Source of the DNA: an uncultured Actinomycetota bacterium
GTDB lineage: Bacteria > Actinomycetota > Actinomycetes > JAHEKZ01
Length of the DNA stretch: 64,000 nucleotides
Direction: 5' to 3'
NCBI GenBank assembly: GCA_963718235.1
Contig: CAVQYR010000002.1
Location: forward strand, 64,001 to 128,000
Within the stretch, counting starts at the first letter, position 1, and every line of letters starts with the position of its first letter. Below the pieces are notes generated by a model, which was not told the origin of the DNA, did not search any database, and worked only from the letters and a program-made list of their open reading frames with translations. Shown here in pieces: positions 50,700 through 61,144 of the stretch. The position numbers and the translations under genes are program-made.

Positions 50700-51668
50700 C
50701 TACGGCGTGACGACGATCTTGCCGAACGCCTCGCCCGAGGCCAGGCGCTCGACCGCGGAGGCCGCGTCGGCCAGGGTGAACGTCGAGTCGACCTGTGGGC
50801 GCAGTCCCGACCCGACCATCAGGGCGAGGACCGCCTCGAGCTCCTCGCGGGTGCCCATCGTGGACCCGATGACCGAAAGCTGCAGGAAGAAGACCCGGTT
50901 CAGGTCGGCTGAGGGAGCCGCACCGCTCGTCGCCCCGCAGACCACGACTCGCCCGCCGGGCCGCAGCGCCTTCAGCGAGTGCGACCAGGTGGCCTCTCCG
51001 ACCGACTCGAGCACGGCGTCGACGCGTTCGGGCAGGCGGGCACCGGTCTCGAACGCGGCATCGGCCCCGAGCTGCAGCGCATGGTCACGCCGCGCTTCAT
51101 CACGGGAGGTGACCCACACCCGGGCCCCCATCGACTGGGCCAGCACGATGGCCGCAGTGCTGACGCCACCCCCGGCGCCCTGAACGAGCACGGTCTCACC
51201 GGCGCGCACCTGCCCCCGCGTGGTCAGCATGCGGTACGCCGTCAGCCAGGCCGTCGGTACGCAGGCGGCCTCCGCCGCAGAGAGCTCGGCGGGCTTGGCG
51301 ACCAGGTTGCGGGCCGGCACGGTCAGCCGCTGGGCGAGCGTGCCGTTGTAGCGCTCGCTCAGCAGCGACCGCTTGGGGTCGAACGTCTCGTCGCCACCCC
51401 CAGCGGCCGGGTCGCCGATGACGGCATGGACGACGTACTCGTTGCCCTCGTGGTCGACCGCGGCAGCGTCGGTGCCGAGGACCATCGGCAGCTGCTCCTC
51501 GCGCAGGCCGACACCCTTCAGGGACCACAGGTCGTGGTGGTTCAGCGACGCGGCGGTGACGGTCACCGTGACCCAGCCGTCGGGCGCGGGGAGCTCGGCG
51601 ACGTCCCCGACGGTGAGGCCGGCCAACGGCTGGTCGGGGTGGAACGAAGTGACGCTGGCAGCGATCAC
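50700..51668 (-). CDS. MDR-family NADPH:quinone oxidoreductase/dehydrogenase
   Basis: SLNHHDLW, TAWLTAYRML, VLVQGAGGGV, GSTMGT, FGKIV. Confidence 0.88.
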   Translation of the reverse strand: MIAASVTSFHPDQPLAGLTVGDVAELPAPDGWVTVTVTAASLNHHDLWSLKGVGLREEQLPMVLGTDAAAVDHEGNEYVVHAVIGDPAAGGGDETFDPKRSLLSERYNGTLAQRLTVPARNLVAKPAELSAAEAACVPTAWLTAYRMLTTRGQVRAGETVLVQGAGGGVSTAAIVLAQSMGARVWVTSRDEARRDHALQLGADAAFETGARLPERVDAVLESVGEATWSHSLKALRPGGRVVVCGATSGAAPSADLNRVFFLQLSVIGSTMGTREELEAVLALMVGSGLRPQVDSTFTLADAASAVERLASGEAFGKIVVTP

Positions 51669-51729
51669 GCGGGCTCAGCTCCTTGGCTTTCGTCGGGGGT
51701 GGTCACGGCTGCGGGGCGCCGTCGGTGGA

Positions 51730-52362
51730 TCAGGCTCGCCGGGCCGCGCGGGCGAGGGCGTCAGCGGGCAGCCCGAGCTCGAGGGTCGCCGCCACCCGGG
51801 CGTGGTGCAGCAGCTGCTTGCGCGACATCGAGCGGGACAGCGTGTAGCGGACACCTAGCCCGTCGAGGAGCGCGGCGAGGCGCACTGCGACCGCCTCTGG
51901 GTCGTCGCAGCGGAACTCCCCGGACGCCTGCCCGTCGCGGACGACGGACTCCAGCACGTCGACCCAGGCCGCGTCGAGCTCCTCGGAGATCGCTGCGAGC
52001 GAGGGGTCGCGCAGCCCGGCCCCCCACGCGTCGATCCACAGCAGCCAGCTCTGGTCGTCGCCCGGTGCCGGCATGTAGTGGCGCAGCACCTTGTCCAGCC
52101 GCTCGACGGCGGTCCCGCGTCCGGCGGCGATCTGCTCGGCCCGCTGGATGTCGGCGGCGGCCGCGGTGCGCATCATCTCGGTGAGCAGGACGTCCTTGGT
52201 GGCGAAGTGGTAGTGGATGAGCCCGCCGGAGACGTCGGTGGCCTTGGCCACGTCGGCGACCCGGGTGTTGGCCAGCCCCCGCTCCAGGACGACCCGGTGC
52301 GCGGCCTCGAGCAGCTCGACCCTTCGCGCTGCTACCTGGTCGGCCCGGCTGGTCGTCGTCAC
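51730..52362 (-). CDS. TetR-family regulator (BetI-like C-terminus)
   Basis: TRVADVAKATDVSGGLIHYHFATKD HTH; LLDGL C-terminus. Confidence 0.92.
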   Translation of the reverse strand: MTTTSRADQVAARRVELLEAAHRVVLERGLANTRVADVAKATDVSGGLIHYHFATKDVLLTEMMRTAAAADIQRAEQIAAGRGTAVERLDKVLRHYMPAPGDDQSWLLWIDAWGAGLRDPSLAAISEELDAAWVDVLESVVRDGQASGEFRCDDPEAVAVRLAALLDGLGVRYTLSRSMSRKQLLHHARVAATLELGLPADALARAARRA

Positions 52363-52382
52363 CGGCCCAGACTACCTTTCGC

Positions 52383-52400
52383 TTACTGATTGTTCAGTCA
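52383..52400. promoter_or_regulatory. Candidate TetR operator, site 1 (tetR/potA divergent region)
   Basis: TTACTGA-TTGT-TCAGTCA. Confidence 0.75.
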
Positions 52401-52440
52401 ATGGCTCCCTCTTCCGGCACCCCTTCCGTACACTGCCGCA

Positions 52441-53598
52441 ATGACTGTGAACGCCTCATCCTCCAGCCCCGACCCCGCCGGCGGCGGCCGCATCGACCTG
52501 GTGGGCCTCCGCAAGGAGTTCGACGGGATCCCGGCGGTCGACGGGATCGACCTGTCGATCGCGGCCGGTGAGTTCTTCGCCCTGCTCGGACCGTCGGGCT
52601 GCGGCAAGACCACCACGCTGAGGATGATCGCCGGGTTCGAGCGGCCGACCGACGGTGAGATCCGGCTGGACGGCACCGACCTGTCCCAGACGCCGCCGAA
52701 CAAGCGTCCGGTCAACACGGTGTTCCAGAGCTATGCGCTCTTCCCGCACATGACCGTGCGCGACAACGTCGGGTACGGGCTGCGCTGGGTCAAGGGTCTG
52801 ACCAAGAGCGACAAGGTCCGCCGGGTCGACGAGGTGATCGAGCAGGTGCGGCTCACCGAGCTCGCCGAGCGACGACCGACCCAGATGTCCGGCGGGCAGC
52901 AGCAGCGGGTGGCCCTGGCCCGGGCCCTGGTCCTGCGTCCCAAGGTGCTCCTGCTCGACGAGCCGCTGGGGGCACTGGACGCCAAGCTGCGCAAGGAGCT
53001 GCGCTCCGAGCTCACCAACGTGCACCGTGAGGTGGGCATCACGTTCCTGCTGGTCACCCACGACCAGGAGGAGGCGCTGGAGATGTCGGACCGGCTGGCG
53101 GTGATGAACATGGGCCTCGTGGCCCAGTGCGGCACGCCGCAGGAGGTCTACGAGGCACCGCAGACCGAGTTCGTGGCCGACTTCCTGGGGGCGGCCAACG
53201 TCCTCGACGTCGAGGTGCTGGGGTCGGCCGGGCCCAGCCAGCGCACGGTGCGCATCGGCGGGCACGAGGTCGTCGCCACGGCCCCGGCCGATCCCGACAC
53301 GTACTCCGACCGCGCCATCATCAGGCCGGAGCGGCTGCGCGTCTTCATGGAGTCTGCGACCATCCCAGACGACCTGGCCCGGATCCCGGGGATCGTCGAC
53401 AACGTCGTCTACATCGGCCCCACCACGCAGGTGCGGGTGCGGCTTCCCCATGGACCAGCGGTGCAGGCGATGCTGATCAACGAGGACGGCGCCCGCGACC
53501 TCGCCTCGGGCACGCCCGTCACGTTGGGGATCGGACCCGACTCCATCCGCGTGCTCCAGCGTGACCTGATCTCGGAGGCAGCGCTCGCGTCGTCCTGA
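52441..53598 (+). CDS. potA: Polyamine-type ABC transporter ATPase (PotA-like)
   Basis: GPSGCGKTT, KRPVNTVFQSYALFPHM, SGGQQQRVALARAL, LLDEPLGALD, TOBE tail. Confidence 0.88.
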   Translation: MTVNASSSSPDPAGGGRIDLVGLRKEFDGIPAVDGIDLSIAAGEFFALLGPSGCGKTTTLRMIAGFERPTDGEIRLDGTDLSQTPPNKRPVNTVFQSYALFPHMTVRDNVGYGLRWVKGLTKSDKVRRVDEVIEQVRLTELAERRPTQMSGGQQQRVALARALVLRPKVLLLDEPLGALDAKLRKELRSELTNVHREVGITFLLVTHDQEEALEMSDRLAVMNMGLVAQCGTPQEVYEAPQTEFVADFLGAANVLDVEVLGSAGPSQRTVRIGGHEVVATAPADPDTYSDRAIIRPERLRVFMESATIPDDLARIPGIVDNVVYIGPTTQVRVRLPHGPAVQAMLINEDGARDLASGTPVTLGIGPDSIRVLQRDLISEAALASS

Positions 53599-53600
53599 CC

Positions 53601-54521
53601 TCAGGAGTCGATGGAGGCGAGCTGCGCGAGCGCGTTGTCCCGGCCGCCCTTGCTGCGTCCGCGGAGCACGAAGTAGGCCACCACCAGAGCGAGGGTCGAC
53701 CCGACGAGCAGCACGGTCGCGAGCGCGTTGAGCGCCGGAGTGGGTGAGGCCCGCACCGCGCTGTACAGCTTGATCGGAACGGTGATGTTCGCCGCATCGC
53801 CGTAGACGAAGCTGCTCACGACGAAGTCGTCCAGCGATCCGGCGAAGGTGATCATGGCCGACGCGAAGATGGCTGGCATCAGCATCGGGAGCAGCACGGA
53901 TCTCAGGGCTTCGATCGAGGTGGCTCCGAGATCGCGCGCCGCCGTCTCGTACTCGGTGCCGATGCTGACCAGCCGGGACCGAACGATGACCAGGACGAAC
54001 GAGATCGAGAACGTGACGTGGCCGAGCAGCATGGCGCCCATACCGAGCGGAATGGACGTGTAGAGGTTGGTGAAGACGATGTAGAGAGCGGCACCGAGCA
54101 CGATCTCCGGGGTGACCAGGGGGACCAGTGAGATGCCGTTGGCCGCCGCGCTGGTCCTGGTGCGCCAGCGAGTGAGTCCGAGGGCCAGAAGGACACCGAT
54201 GGGGACGGCGATCAGCACCGTCAGGACTCCCAGGACCATGCTGTTCCGCAGGGCCAGCCGGAGGCTCTCGTCGGAGAACAGCGACGCGTTCGGGTCGCCC
54301 CAGTACCACCGGAACGAGAAGCCCTGCCAGCTGCTGCGAGACCGACCGTCGTTGAACGAGAACATGACGGCGACCAGCACCGGCACCAGGGACCAGACGA
54401 TGTAGACCCAGGTGATCCCCGCCAGGAACCATGGTCGTCGCCAGGGGTTGCGCCACGGGAAGGTCCTGGGGGGCCGCGGCTCGAACGCGGTCTGCGCGTT
54501 GACGGCGTCGATCCCACTCAT
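53601..54521 (-). CDS. potC: Polyamine-type ABC permease (PotC-like)
   Basis: FSFND...GFSFRWY, PEIVLG, ETAARDLGA, SLDDFVVS. Confidence 0.85.
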   Translation of the reverse strand: MSGIDAVNAQTAFEPRPPRTFPWRNPWRRPWFLAGITWVYIVWSLVPVLVAVMFSFNDGRSRSSWQGFSFRWYWGDPNASLFSDESLRLALRNSMVLGVLTVLIAVPIGVLLALGLTRWRTRTSAAANGISLVPLVTPEIVLGAALYIVFTNLYTSIPLGMGAMLLGHVTFSISFVLVIVRSRLVSIGTEYETAARDLGATSIEALRSVLLPMLMPAIFASAMITFAGSLDDFVVSSFVYGDAANITVPIKLYSAVRASPTPALNALATVLLVGSTLALVVAYFVLRGRSKGGRDNALAQLASIDS

Positions 54522-55432
54522 CGGGCGGCCTCCTTGCTGGCCCGCTGGGTGAGGAGCAGGTAGTAGGCCATGAAGATCAGAAGCACGAACGACAGGAGCA
54601 GCACCAACGCGGCCCCGACGTCCTTCTGGGGTCCTTGCAGCAGGTAGAACTCGATCTGGTTGCCGATCATGTTGGTCTTGGGCGACCCGGAGACCAGGGT
54701 GTTCGTGTAGTAGTCACCGGCCATGGGAAGCGCCGTGATGACCAGCGCCGTGATCAGCCCCATGCGCGACAGGGGCAGCGTGACGTGCAGGAACGTGCGC
54801 ACGGTTCCGACCCCGAGGTCACGGGATGCCTCCAGCAGCCGTTGGTCGATCCGGTCGAGCGAGGCGTAGAGGGGCACGATGAAGAAGGGCAGGTACCCGT
54901 AGGCCAGACCGAAGATCACCGTCGCTCCGTAGCCGCCGAGGAAAGGGATCCCTTCGTCGATGACGTTGATGCTTTCCAGGAACCGGTTGAGGTAACCCTC
55001 GGTGTTCAGGATGCTCACCCAGCCGAGCATCCGGGTGATGTAGTTGATCCACCAGGGGGCGAGGATCAGCGCCAGCAGCAGGCCGCGCCACCGACCGGAG
55101 AGCCGGGCCACGTAGTAGGCCACCGGGTACCCGATGGCGACACAGAGCACCAGGGCGGCGAACACGTACTCGAAGGTCCGCACCCACACCGGTGTGAGGT
55201 CGCCGTTGACCGACTCGCTGACCACGCTGCCGAACAGGTCGAACTGCCACTTCAGCGGGTTCCACTCCGGCAGCGGGGTGTTGAAGATCAGGTCGACCCC
55301 GCCGAACGCGACCGCCATGATCGCGTAGAAGGGGACGGCGAAGAGCAGGATCAGCCACACCGTGCCCGGAGTTGCGAAGGCCGGCCACAGTCGCCGGGTC
55401 GAGCGGTCGAACGCCGCGTCCTTCTCAGCCAC
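54518..55432 (-). CDS. potB: Polyamine-type ABC permease (PotB-like)
   Basis: IGYPVAY, YLPFFIVPLYASL, LLEASRDLG, MIGNQI. Confidence 0.85.
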   Translation of the reverse strand: MAEKDAAFDRSTRRLWPAFATPGTVWLILLFAVPFYAIMAVAFGGVDLIFNTPLPEWNPLKWQFDLFGSVVSESVNGDLTPVWVRTFEYVFAALVLCVAIGYPVAYYVARLSGRWRGLLLALILAPWWINYITRMLGWVSILNTEGYLNRFLESINVIDEGIPFLGGYGATVIFGLAYGYLPFFIVPLYASLDRIDQRLLEASRDLGVGTVRTFLHVTLPLSRMGLITALVITALPMAGDYYTNTLVSGSPKTNMIGNQIEFYLLQGPQKDVGAALVLLLSFVLLIFMAYYLLLTQRASKEAAR

Positions 55433-56693
55433 CGGCCTTGAACCTCGCCCAAGCGTTCTGCCACAAGGCGTCGATCTGGGGGGAGGTCTCGTAGAACACC
55501 AGCCCGTTGACGAGGTCGTCCGGCAGCACCACAGCGGTCTCGAGGTTGGTCGGGATGTACCCGTCGCGGATGAGGCCCTCCGCGGTCATGGAGGTCAAGG
55601 GTGCCTGGTACCCGGTCCAGCTGAAGTTCTCGAGGGAGATCTCGTTGTCGAGGATGTCGTTGATCATCAGGTGTCCGAGCACGGGCTTGCTCGCGCCCAC
55701 CGGGACTGCCATGACGTCGCTGCCGACGACTCGGTCCGTGTCAGGGACCCAGTAGCCGAGCACGTCGGAGCTGACGCCCTTGGGCAGGTACTGAAGAGCG
55801 CCGATCATGTCGCCAGACCAGCCCTGGTGGACGGTGGCCGTGCCGTCGGGGATGAAGACGTAGTCCTGGATCCCCACCTTGATGTTCACCAGGTCGATCA
55901 GCTCGATCAGGCTGTCAGTCGCTGCGTTCACCATCTCGGGGTCACCGGTGTTGATGTCAGTGGTGATCCCATTGCGCAGCATCGACATCGCGATCGCCTC
56001 GCCTCGGTCGTCGAGGATGAAGGCCTTGCCTTTGTACTGCTCGTCCCACAGCAGGTCGTAGCCGTTGTCCGGGATCGAGTCGACCCGGTCACGACGGTAG
56101 GAGACGCCGGTCGTATAGATGACGTAAGGGGCGGTGTAGAGGGAGCCGACGTCGTACCAGGGGCTCTGGAAGGGCTCCCACACGTTCGACATGTTGGGGA
56201 GGTAGGTGGCGTTGAGCGGCTGCAGCAGACCTCCGTACACCGACTTGCTGAGCACGCTCGGCCCCGGGAAGACCAGGTCGAAGGTCGACCCCGGTGCGCG
56301 CAGCTTGGCGAGCATCTCGTCGTAGTTGTTGTACGGCGTGACCTCGACCTTCACGTCGTGCTTCTGGCTGAACGCCTTGATGACCGCGGGGTTCATGTAG
56401 TCGGCGTAGTTGAGAATCTTGAAGACGCCCCCGGTCTCGGGCGGGAGACCGTCGTCGATGGGCGGGTTGTCGTCGGTGATCGGCAGGGTGACCGGGTTGT
56501 CCGGCCGGGCCAACGGGTAGGCCCCCCCGGTGGTCGACCCGCCTCCTTCGACCGTGCGGCCACCGCCGTCGCCGCAGGCTGACAGGGCGGCCATTCCGGC
56601 GGCCCCGGCGCCCAGCGCCATCGAGCCTCGCAGGAACATCCGACGGTCGAGCGGCAGGGCTCCGGTGCTCCGGGCCTTCGGGTGGAACGTCAT
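55425..56693 (-). CDS. potD: Polyamine-type ABC substrate-binding lipoprotein (PotD/PotF-like, Tat)
   Basis: RRMFL Tat motif, LSAC lipobox, NYADY, QGWSGD. Confidence 0.83.
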   Translation of the reverse strand: MTFHPKARSTGALPLDRRMFLRGSMALGAGAAGMAALSACGDGGGRTVEGGGSTTGGAYPLARPDNPVTLPITDDNPPIDDGLPPETGGVFKILNYADYMNPAVIKAFSQKHDVKVEVTPYNNYDEMLAKLRAPGSTFDLVFPGPSVLSKSVYGGLLQPLNATYLPNMSNVWEPFQSPWYDVGSLYTAPYVIYTTGVSYRRDRVDSIPDNGYDLLWDEQYKGKAFILDDRGEAIAMSMLRNGITTDINTGDPEMVNAATDSLIELIDLVNIKVGIQDYVFIPDGTATVHQGWSGDMIGALQYLPKGVSSDVLGYWVPDTDRVVGSDVMAVPVGASKPVLGHLMINDILDNEISLENFSWTGYQAPLTSMTAEGLIRDGYIPTNLETAVVLPDDLVNGLVFYETSPQIDALWQNAWARFKAGG

Positions 56694-56820
56694 TCGGGTG
56701 CCCTCCAGTGGTCCATCGCCCCTCAGGGCGTGCGGGTCATCGTGCCTGATGAGAGACGAACTGTCTGCCCGTTCAGTTGCCCGTTCGGGGAAATGAAACC
56801 GGATCGTGCCCTTGCGCTAC

Positions 56821-56838
56821 TGACTGAACGATCAGTTA
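56821..56838. promoter_or_regulatory. Candidate TetR operator, site 2 (potD/oxidoreductase divergent region)
   Basis: TGACTGA-ACGA-TCAGTTA. Confidence 0.75.
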
Positions 56839-56903
56839 GTCTGAGGGATCCGACCGGTGGCCTCACGAGAGGCCTTCTTGCGGCACGGCGATGGGGTGAG
56901 CAC

Positions 56904-58532
56904 GTGAGCGGCACATACGACGCGATCGTTGTCGGGGGCGGGCACAACGGGCTCGTGGCGGCGGCGTACCTGGCCCGCTCAGGGCTGCGGCCGCTCGTGC
57001 TCGAGGCCAGGCACACCGTAGGGGGCGCGGCGACCACCGAGACCCCGTGGGGCCCCGACTACAAGATGACCTCGCTGTCCTACGTGATGAGCCTGATGCC
57101 GCGGGAGATCATCGACGAGCTGCAGCTGCGGCGCCACGGCTACACCATCGTGCCGATGGGGCCCAGCTACCTGCCGCTGCCCGACGGCAAGCGGTCGCTG
57201 ACCCTGAGCGGCGACCCCGCCCACGACCACGAGCAGCTGAGCCGGTTCTCGGCCAAGGACGCCGCCGCCTATCCCAGGTACCAGACCTGGCTGAAGAGCA
57301 TCGCCGACAAGCTGCACCCGCTGCTGCTCCAGCAGCCGCCGAAGGTCGGCTCACGGCGTCCGGCGGACCTGCTCGAGCAGGCCAGGCTGGCGTGGGGCAT
57401 GCGCGACCTCGACGTCCGGGGCTCCGCTGACGTGACCCGGCTGTTCACGATGTCCATCGCCGACCTGCTCGACGAGTGGTTCGAGAACCCCGAGGTCAAA
57501 GGGTTGCTCTGCGTCAACGGCATCATCGGCACCTGGGCCGGCCCCTACGAGCCGGGCACCGCCTACGTGATGATGCACCACACGATCGGCGACGCCGGTG
57601 AGAGCCCCTCCAACGGCAGCATGGGGTCGTGGGGCTACCCGATCGGGGGGATGGGTGCGGTCTCGCAAGCCATCGCCGACTCCGCCCGCTCGTTCGGGGC
57701 CGAGATCAAGGTCGATGCACCGGTGGCGAAGATCCTGGTCCGCAACGGCCGCGCCTACGGCGTCGTCCTCGAGGACGGCACCGAGTACTACGCCGACGCC
57801 GTGGTCGCCGCGACCCACCCCAAGATCACCTTCCTGGACCAGATCGACCGGTCGGAGCTGCCCGAGGAGTTCGTCGCCGACATCGAGCGCTGGCGCAGCC
57901 GCAGCGGCATGGTCAAGGTCAACGTCGCCCTCGACAGCCTCCCGGAGTTCGGCGCCGACCCCGAGCTGACCAACGAGGTGTACTCCGGGGCGATCGAGAT
58001 CTCCTCGACCATGGAGTATGTCGAGCGGGCCTTCATCGACGCCCGAGAGGGCCGCGCGGCACAGGGACCGTTCAGCGACAGTGTCATCCCGTCCACGGTC
58101 GATCCGACCCTGGCGCCCGAGGGACACCACGTGATGTCGATGTTCACCCAGTGGGTTCCGCACACCTGGGCCGACGACCCCGAGCCCGCCGAGCTCGAGG
58201 CCTACGCAGACCGGGTGATCGCCCAGTACGAGCAGGTCGCACCAGGGTTCACCGACAAGATCCTGCACCGCCAGGTGATCGGCCCGCACGAGATGCAGAC
58301 CGAGTACCACCTCATCGGGGGCAACATGACCCACGGCGAGCTGTCGGTCGACCAGCTGTTCCACATGCGACCGGCACCGGGCTACGCCGACTTCACCACT
58401 CCGATCGCGGGGCTGTACCAGTCGTCGTCGGCCACTCACGGCGGTGGCGGGGTCACCGGCATCGCCGGCTACCAGGCCAGCCAGCGCATCCTTCGTGACC
58501 GCAAGCGTCGCGGCCGTCGTACGTCGGCCTGA
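56904..58532 (+). CDS. Phytoene-desaturase-like FAD oxidoreductase (PYROXD2-like)
   Basis: DAIVVGGGHNGLVAAAYLA, YPIGGMG, DPTLAPEG, LFHMRP, HGGGGVTG. Confidence 0.87.
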   Translation: MSGTYDAIVVGGGHNGLVAAAYLARSGLRPLVLEARHTVGGAATTETPWGPDYKMTSLSYVMSLMPREIIDELQLRRHGYTIVPMGPSYLPLPDGKRSLTLSGDPAHDHEQLSRFSAKDAAAYPRYQTWLKSIADKLHPLLLQQPPKVGSRRPADLLEQARLAWGMRDLDVRGSADVTRLFTMSIADLLDEWFENPEVKGLLCVNGIIGTWAGPYEPGTAYVMMHHTIGDAGESPSNGSMGSWGYPIGGMGAVSQAIADSARSFGAEIKVDAPVAKILVRNGRAYGVVLEDGTEYYADAVVAATHPKITFLDQIDRSELPEEFVADIERWRSRSGMVKVNVALDSLPEFGADPELTNEVYSGAIEISSTMEYVERAFIDAREGRAAQGPFSDSVIPSTVDPTLAPEGHHVMSMFTQWVPHTWADDPEPAELEAYADRVIAQYEQVAPGFTDKILHRQVIGPHEMQTEYHLIGGNMTHGELSVDQLFHMRPAPGYADFTTPIAGLYQSSSATHGGGGVTGIAGYQASQRILRDRKRRGRRTSA

Positions 58533-58541
58533 GGAGGAGAC

Positions 58542-59741
58542 GTGGGAACACCTGCACCCCAAGCCACCCCGCTGACCACGGGAGATCTCGAGGCGTGCCT
58601 GGTGGGCAGCGGCTCGATGCTGCCGGCCGCGGCGTACACCGACGACGCGGTGCTGCGCTGGGAGCAGGGTCACTTCTTCGAGAGCGGTTGGGTGTGCCTC
58701 GGTCGGGCCGACGGGCTTGCGGAGCCGGGTCAGCGCCGAGCGGTGCAGGTCGGCAACGACGGAGTGCTGCTCGTCCGCGGGCGCGACGGCGTGCTGCGCG
58801 GGTTCGCCAACGCCTGCCGCCACCGGGGTCACGAGCTGTTGCCGTGCGGCAGCAGCGCCAGTGGCGCCTTCCTTCGCTGCCCCTACCACGCCTGGGTGTA
58901 CGACACCACGGGCCAGCTGTACGGCGTCCCGCCCATGCACGCCGCCGACGTCCCCGACAAGGAGCCGCTCGGGCTCATCCCCTTCGCCGTCACCGAGTGG
59001 CACGGCTTCGTCTTCGTCAACACCTCCGGCGACGCCCCGCCGATCGAGCAGTACCTGGGTGGTCTGGAGGAGGTGGTCGCGCCCTACGGCCTGGAGTCGC
59101 TGAAGGTGGCCGAGACCCACGAGTACGAGCTGGCCACCAACTGGAAGCTGATCGTGGAGAACTACCACGAGTGCTTCCACTGCGACCAGATCCACCCCGA
59201 GCTGTGCCAGGTGTCCGACCCCGACTCCGGCACGCACGTCGTGGGCAACGGACTGTGGCTCGGCGGGACGATGTGGCTGAACGAGGGCGCGGAGACCATG
59301 TCGCTCGACGGACGGTCCGGTGGGGTGATGATCCCCGGCGTTCCGGAGGCGCGGCGACGTGACATCGTCTACATCCACGTCTTCCCGAACCTGCTGGTCA
59401 GCCTGCACCCTGACTACGTGATGACGCATCGGATGGTGGCCCTGGCGCCGGACCGCACCGCGGTGGAGTGCCAGTGGCTGTTTCCCGCTGCGGCTTTCGA
59501 GCGCCCGGGCTTCGACCCGGCGTACGCAGCGGACTTCTGGGACCTCACCAACCGGCAGGACTGGGGTGCCTGCGAGAGCGTGCAGCGAGGGCTGACCACG
59601 CGGGGCTTTCGCCCCGGGCCGCTGTCGACCTCGACCGAGTACGTCGTGAAGTCGTTCGTCGACATGACCGCGCGCGGCTACCTTGCCGGCAGCCTTCCCG
59701 TTCCCGAACCCGTTGCCGAGACCACCATCAGCCCAGCCTGA
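58542..59741 (+). CDS. Rieske non-heme iron oxygenase alpha subunit (GbcA/choline monooxygenase-like)
   Basis: CRHRG...CPYHAW Rieske ligands; NWK..ENYHECFHC..IHPEL iron site; QDWGACESVQRG. Confidence 0.9.
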   Translation: MGTPAPQATPLTTGDLEACLVGSGSMLPAAAYTDDAVLRWEQGHFFESGWVCLGRADGLAEPGQRRAVQVGNDGVLLVRGRDGVLRGFANACRHRGHELLPCGSSASGAFLRCPYHAWVYDTTGQLYGVPPMHAADVPDKEPLGLIPFAVTEWHGFVFVNTSGDAPPIEQYLGGLEEVVAPYGLESLKVAETHEYELATNWKLIVENYHECFHCDQIHPELCQVSDPDSGTHVVGNGLWLGGTMWLNEGAETMSLDGRSGGVMIPGVPEARRRDIVYIHVFPNLLVSLHPDYVMTHRMVALAPDRTAVECQWLFPAAAFERPGFDPAYAADFWDLTNRQDWGACESVQRGLTTRGFRPGPLSTSTEYVVKSFVDMTARGYLAGSLPVPEPVAETTISPA

Positions 59742-59751
59742 GGAGCCCGAC

Positions 59752-61131
59752 ATGTCGGTGATCGACACCCCCGCAGTGGCCCGTGACCTCTCGCGCCTCG
59801 ACGCGCTGATCACCGAGCAGGAGCAGGTGATGCTGGCCCGCACGAGCCGCTCGCAGGCGCTGCGGGCCGAGGCCGGAACGGTGCTGGCTGGGGGCGTCTC
59901 CTCCAGCTGGCAGGACGCCCCACCGTGCGCCGTCTGGATCGCCGAGGGCCGCGGGTCGAGGGTCTGGGACGCCGACGGCAACGAGTACTCCGACTTCCAC
60001 GGCGGTTTCGGCGTCGGGGTCGCCGGGCACGCGCACCCGGCCATCGTGGCCGCCGTCACCGAGCAGGTGCGGCGCGGCACCCACTTCGCCCAGCCGGTCG
60101 AGGACTCCATCATCGTGGCCCGTGAGTTGGCCCGGCGCTTCGGCCTTCCGCTGTGGCGCTACAACAACTCCGGCACCGAGTCGACCATGGACGCGTTCCA
60201 CCTGATGCGGATCGCCACCGGACGCCCCAAGGTGCTCAAGGTCGAGGGCAGCTACCACGGCCACCACGACAGCGCGCAGGTGTCGACCTACCCCGACGCC
60301 GACGCGGCCGGCTCGGCGCTGGCGCCGCACTCGGTGCGCTACAACGCGGGCATCCCCGAGGCGTTCGCCGAGCTGACCGTGATCGTTCCGTTCGGCGACC
60401 TCGAGGCCGTCGAGCGTGCGTTGACGACCCATGCCGGCCAGGTCGCGGGCATGATCATCGAGCCGATCATGATGAACATCGGGCTGATCCCGGCACCGGC
60501 GGGCTACCTGCAGGCGCTGAAGGACCTCCTGCATGCCCACGGCGCGTACCTGGCCTTCGACGAGGTGAAGACCGGTTTCGGGGTCGCCGCCGGCGGGGCC
60601 ACCGAGGTCTTCGGCGTCCAGCCCGACCTGGTCTGCGTGGCCAAGGCGATGGCCGGTGGGCTGCCGTGCGGGGCGATCGGCGGTGTTCCGGAGCTCATGA
60701 ACCTGATCACCGACCGCGTCTACGAGCAGGTCGGCACGTTCAACGGCAACCCGCTGACCATGGCCGCCGCCCGGGCCACCCTCACCGAGGTGCTCACCGA
60801 CGACGCCTACCGGCACCTCGACGTCCTGCGGGAGCGGCAGGTGGCCGGCTGTGAGCGGGTGCTGGCCGAGTACGGGCTGCCCGGCTACGTGCAGGCGATG
60901 GGGGCCAAGGGCGCGGTGATCTTCACCGACCACCTCAACAACTACCGCGACTTCTTGGACTACGACGACCAGTGGGGCAACGCGCACTGGCTGTTCCAGC
61001 AGAACGGGGGAGTGGCGCTGCCTCCGTGGGGCAAGTGCGAGCAGTGGACGATGTCGGTGCAGCACCAGACCGACGACGTAGACCGGTTCGTCACCAACTT
61101 CGAGACGATGGCTCAAGCCCTGCGCGCCTGA
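59752..61131 (+). CDS. Class III aminotransferase (HemL-like subfamily)
   Basis: WDADGNEYSD, NSGTEST, EGSYHG, FDEVKTG, AKAMAGG, GTFNGNPL. Confidence 0.9.
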   Translation: MSVIDTPAVARDLSRLDALITEQEQVMLARTSRSQALRAEAGTVLAGGVSSSWQDAPPCAVWIAEGRGSRVWDADGNEYSDFHGGFGVGVAGHAHPAIVAAVTEQVRRGTHFAQPVEDSIIVARELARRFGLPLWRYNNSGTESTMDAFHLMRIATGRPKVLKVEGSYHGHHDSAQVSTYPDADAAGSALAPHSVRYNAGIPEAFAELTVIVPFGDLEAVERALTTHAGQVAGMIIEPIMMNIGLIPAPAGYLQALKDLLHAHGAYLAFDEVKTGFGVAAGGATEVFGVQPDLVCVAKAMAGGLPCGAIGGVPELMNLITDRVYEQVGTFNGNPLTMAAARATLTEVLTDDAYRHLDVLRERQVAGCERVLAEYGLPGYVQAMGAKGAVIFTDHLNNYRDFLDYDDQWGNAHWLFQQNGGVALPPWGKCEQWTMSVQHQTDDVDRFVTNFETMAQALRA

Positions 61132-61144
61132 CCTCTCCCACCCC

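Noticed and set aside
56904-58532. Carotenoid biosynthesis (crtI)
   Set aside because: No crtB/crtE/crtY nearby, and the context is amine uptake and catabolism.
59752-61131. hemL
   Set aside because: Same subfamily motifs, but it sits in a catabolic operon with no hem genes, so the symbol was not assigned.
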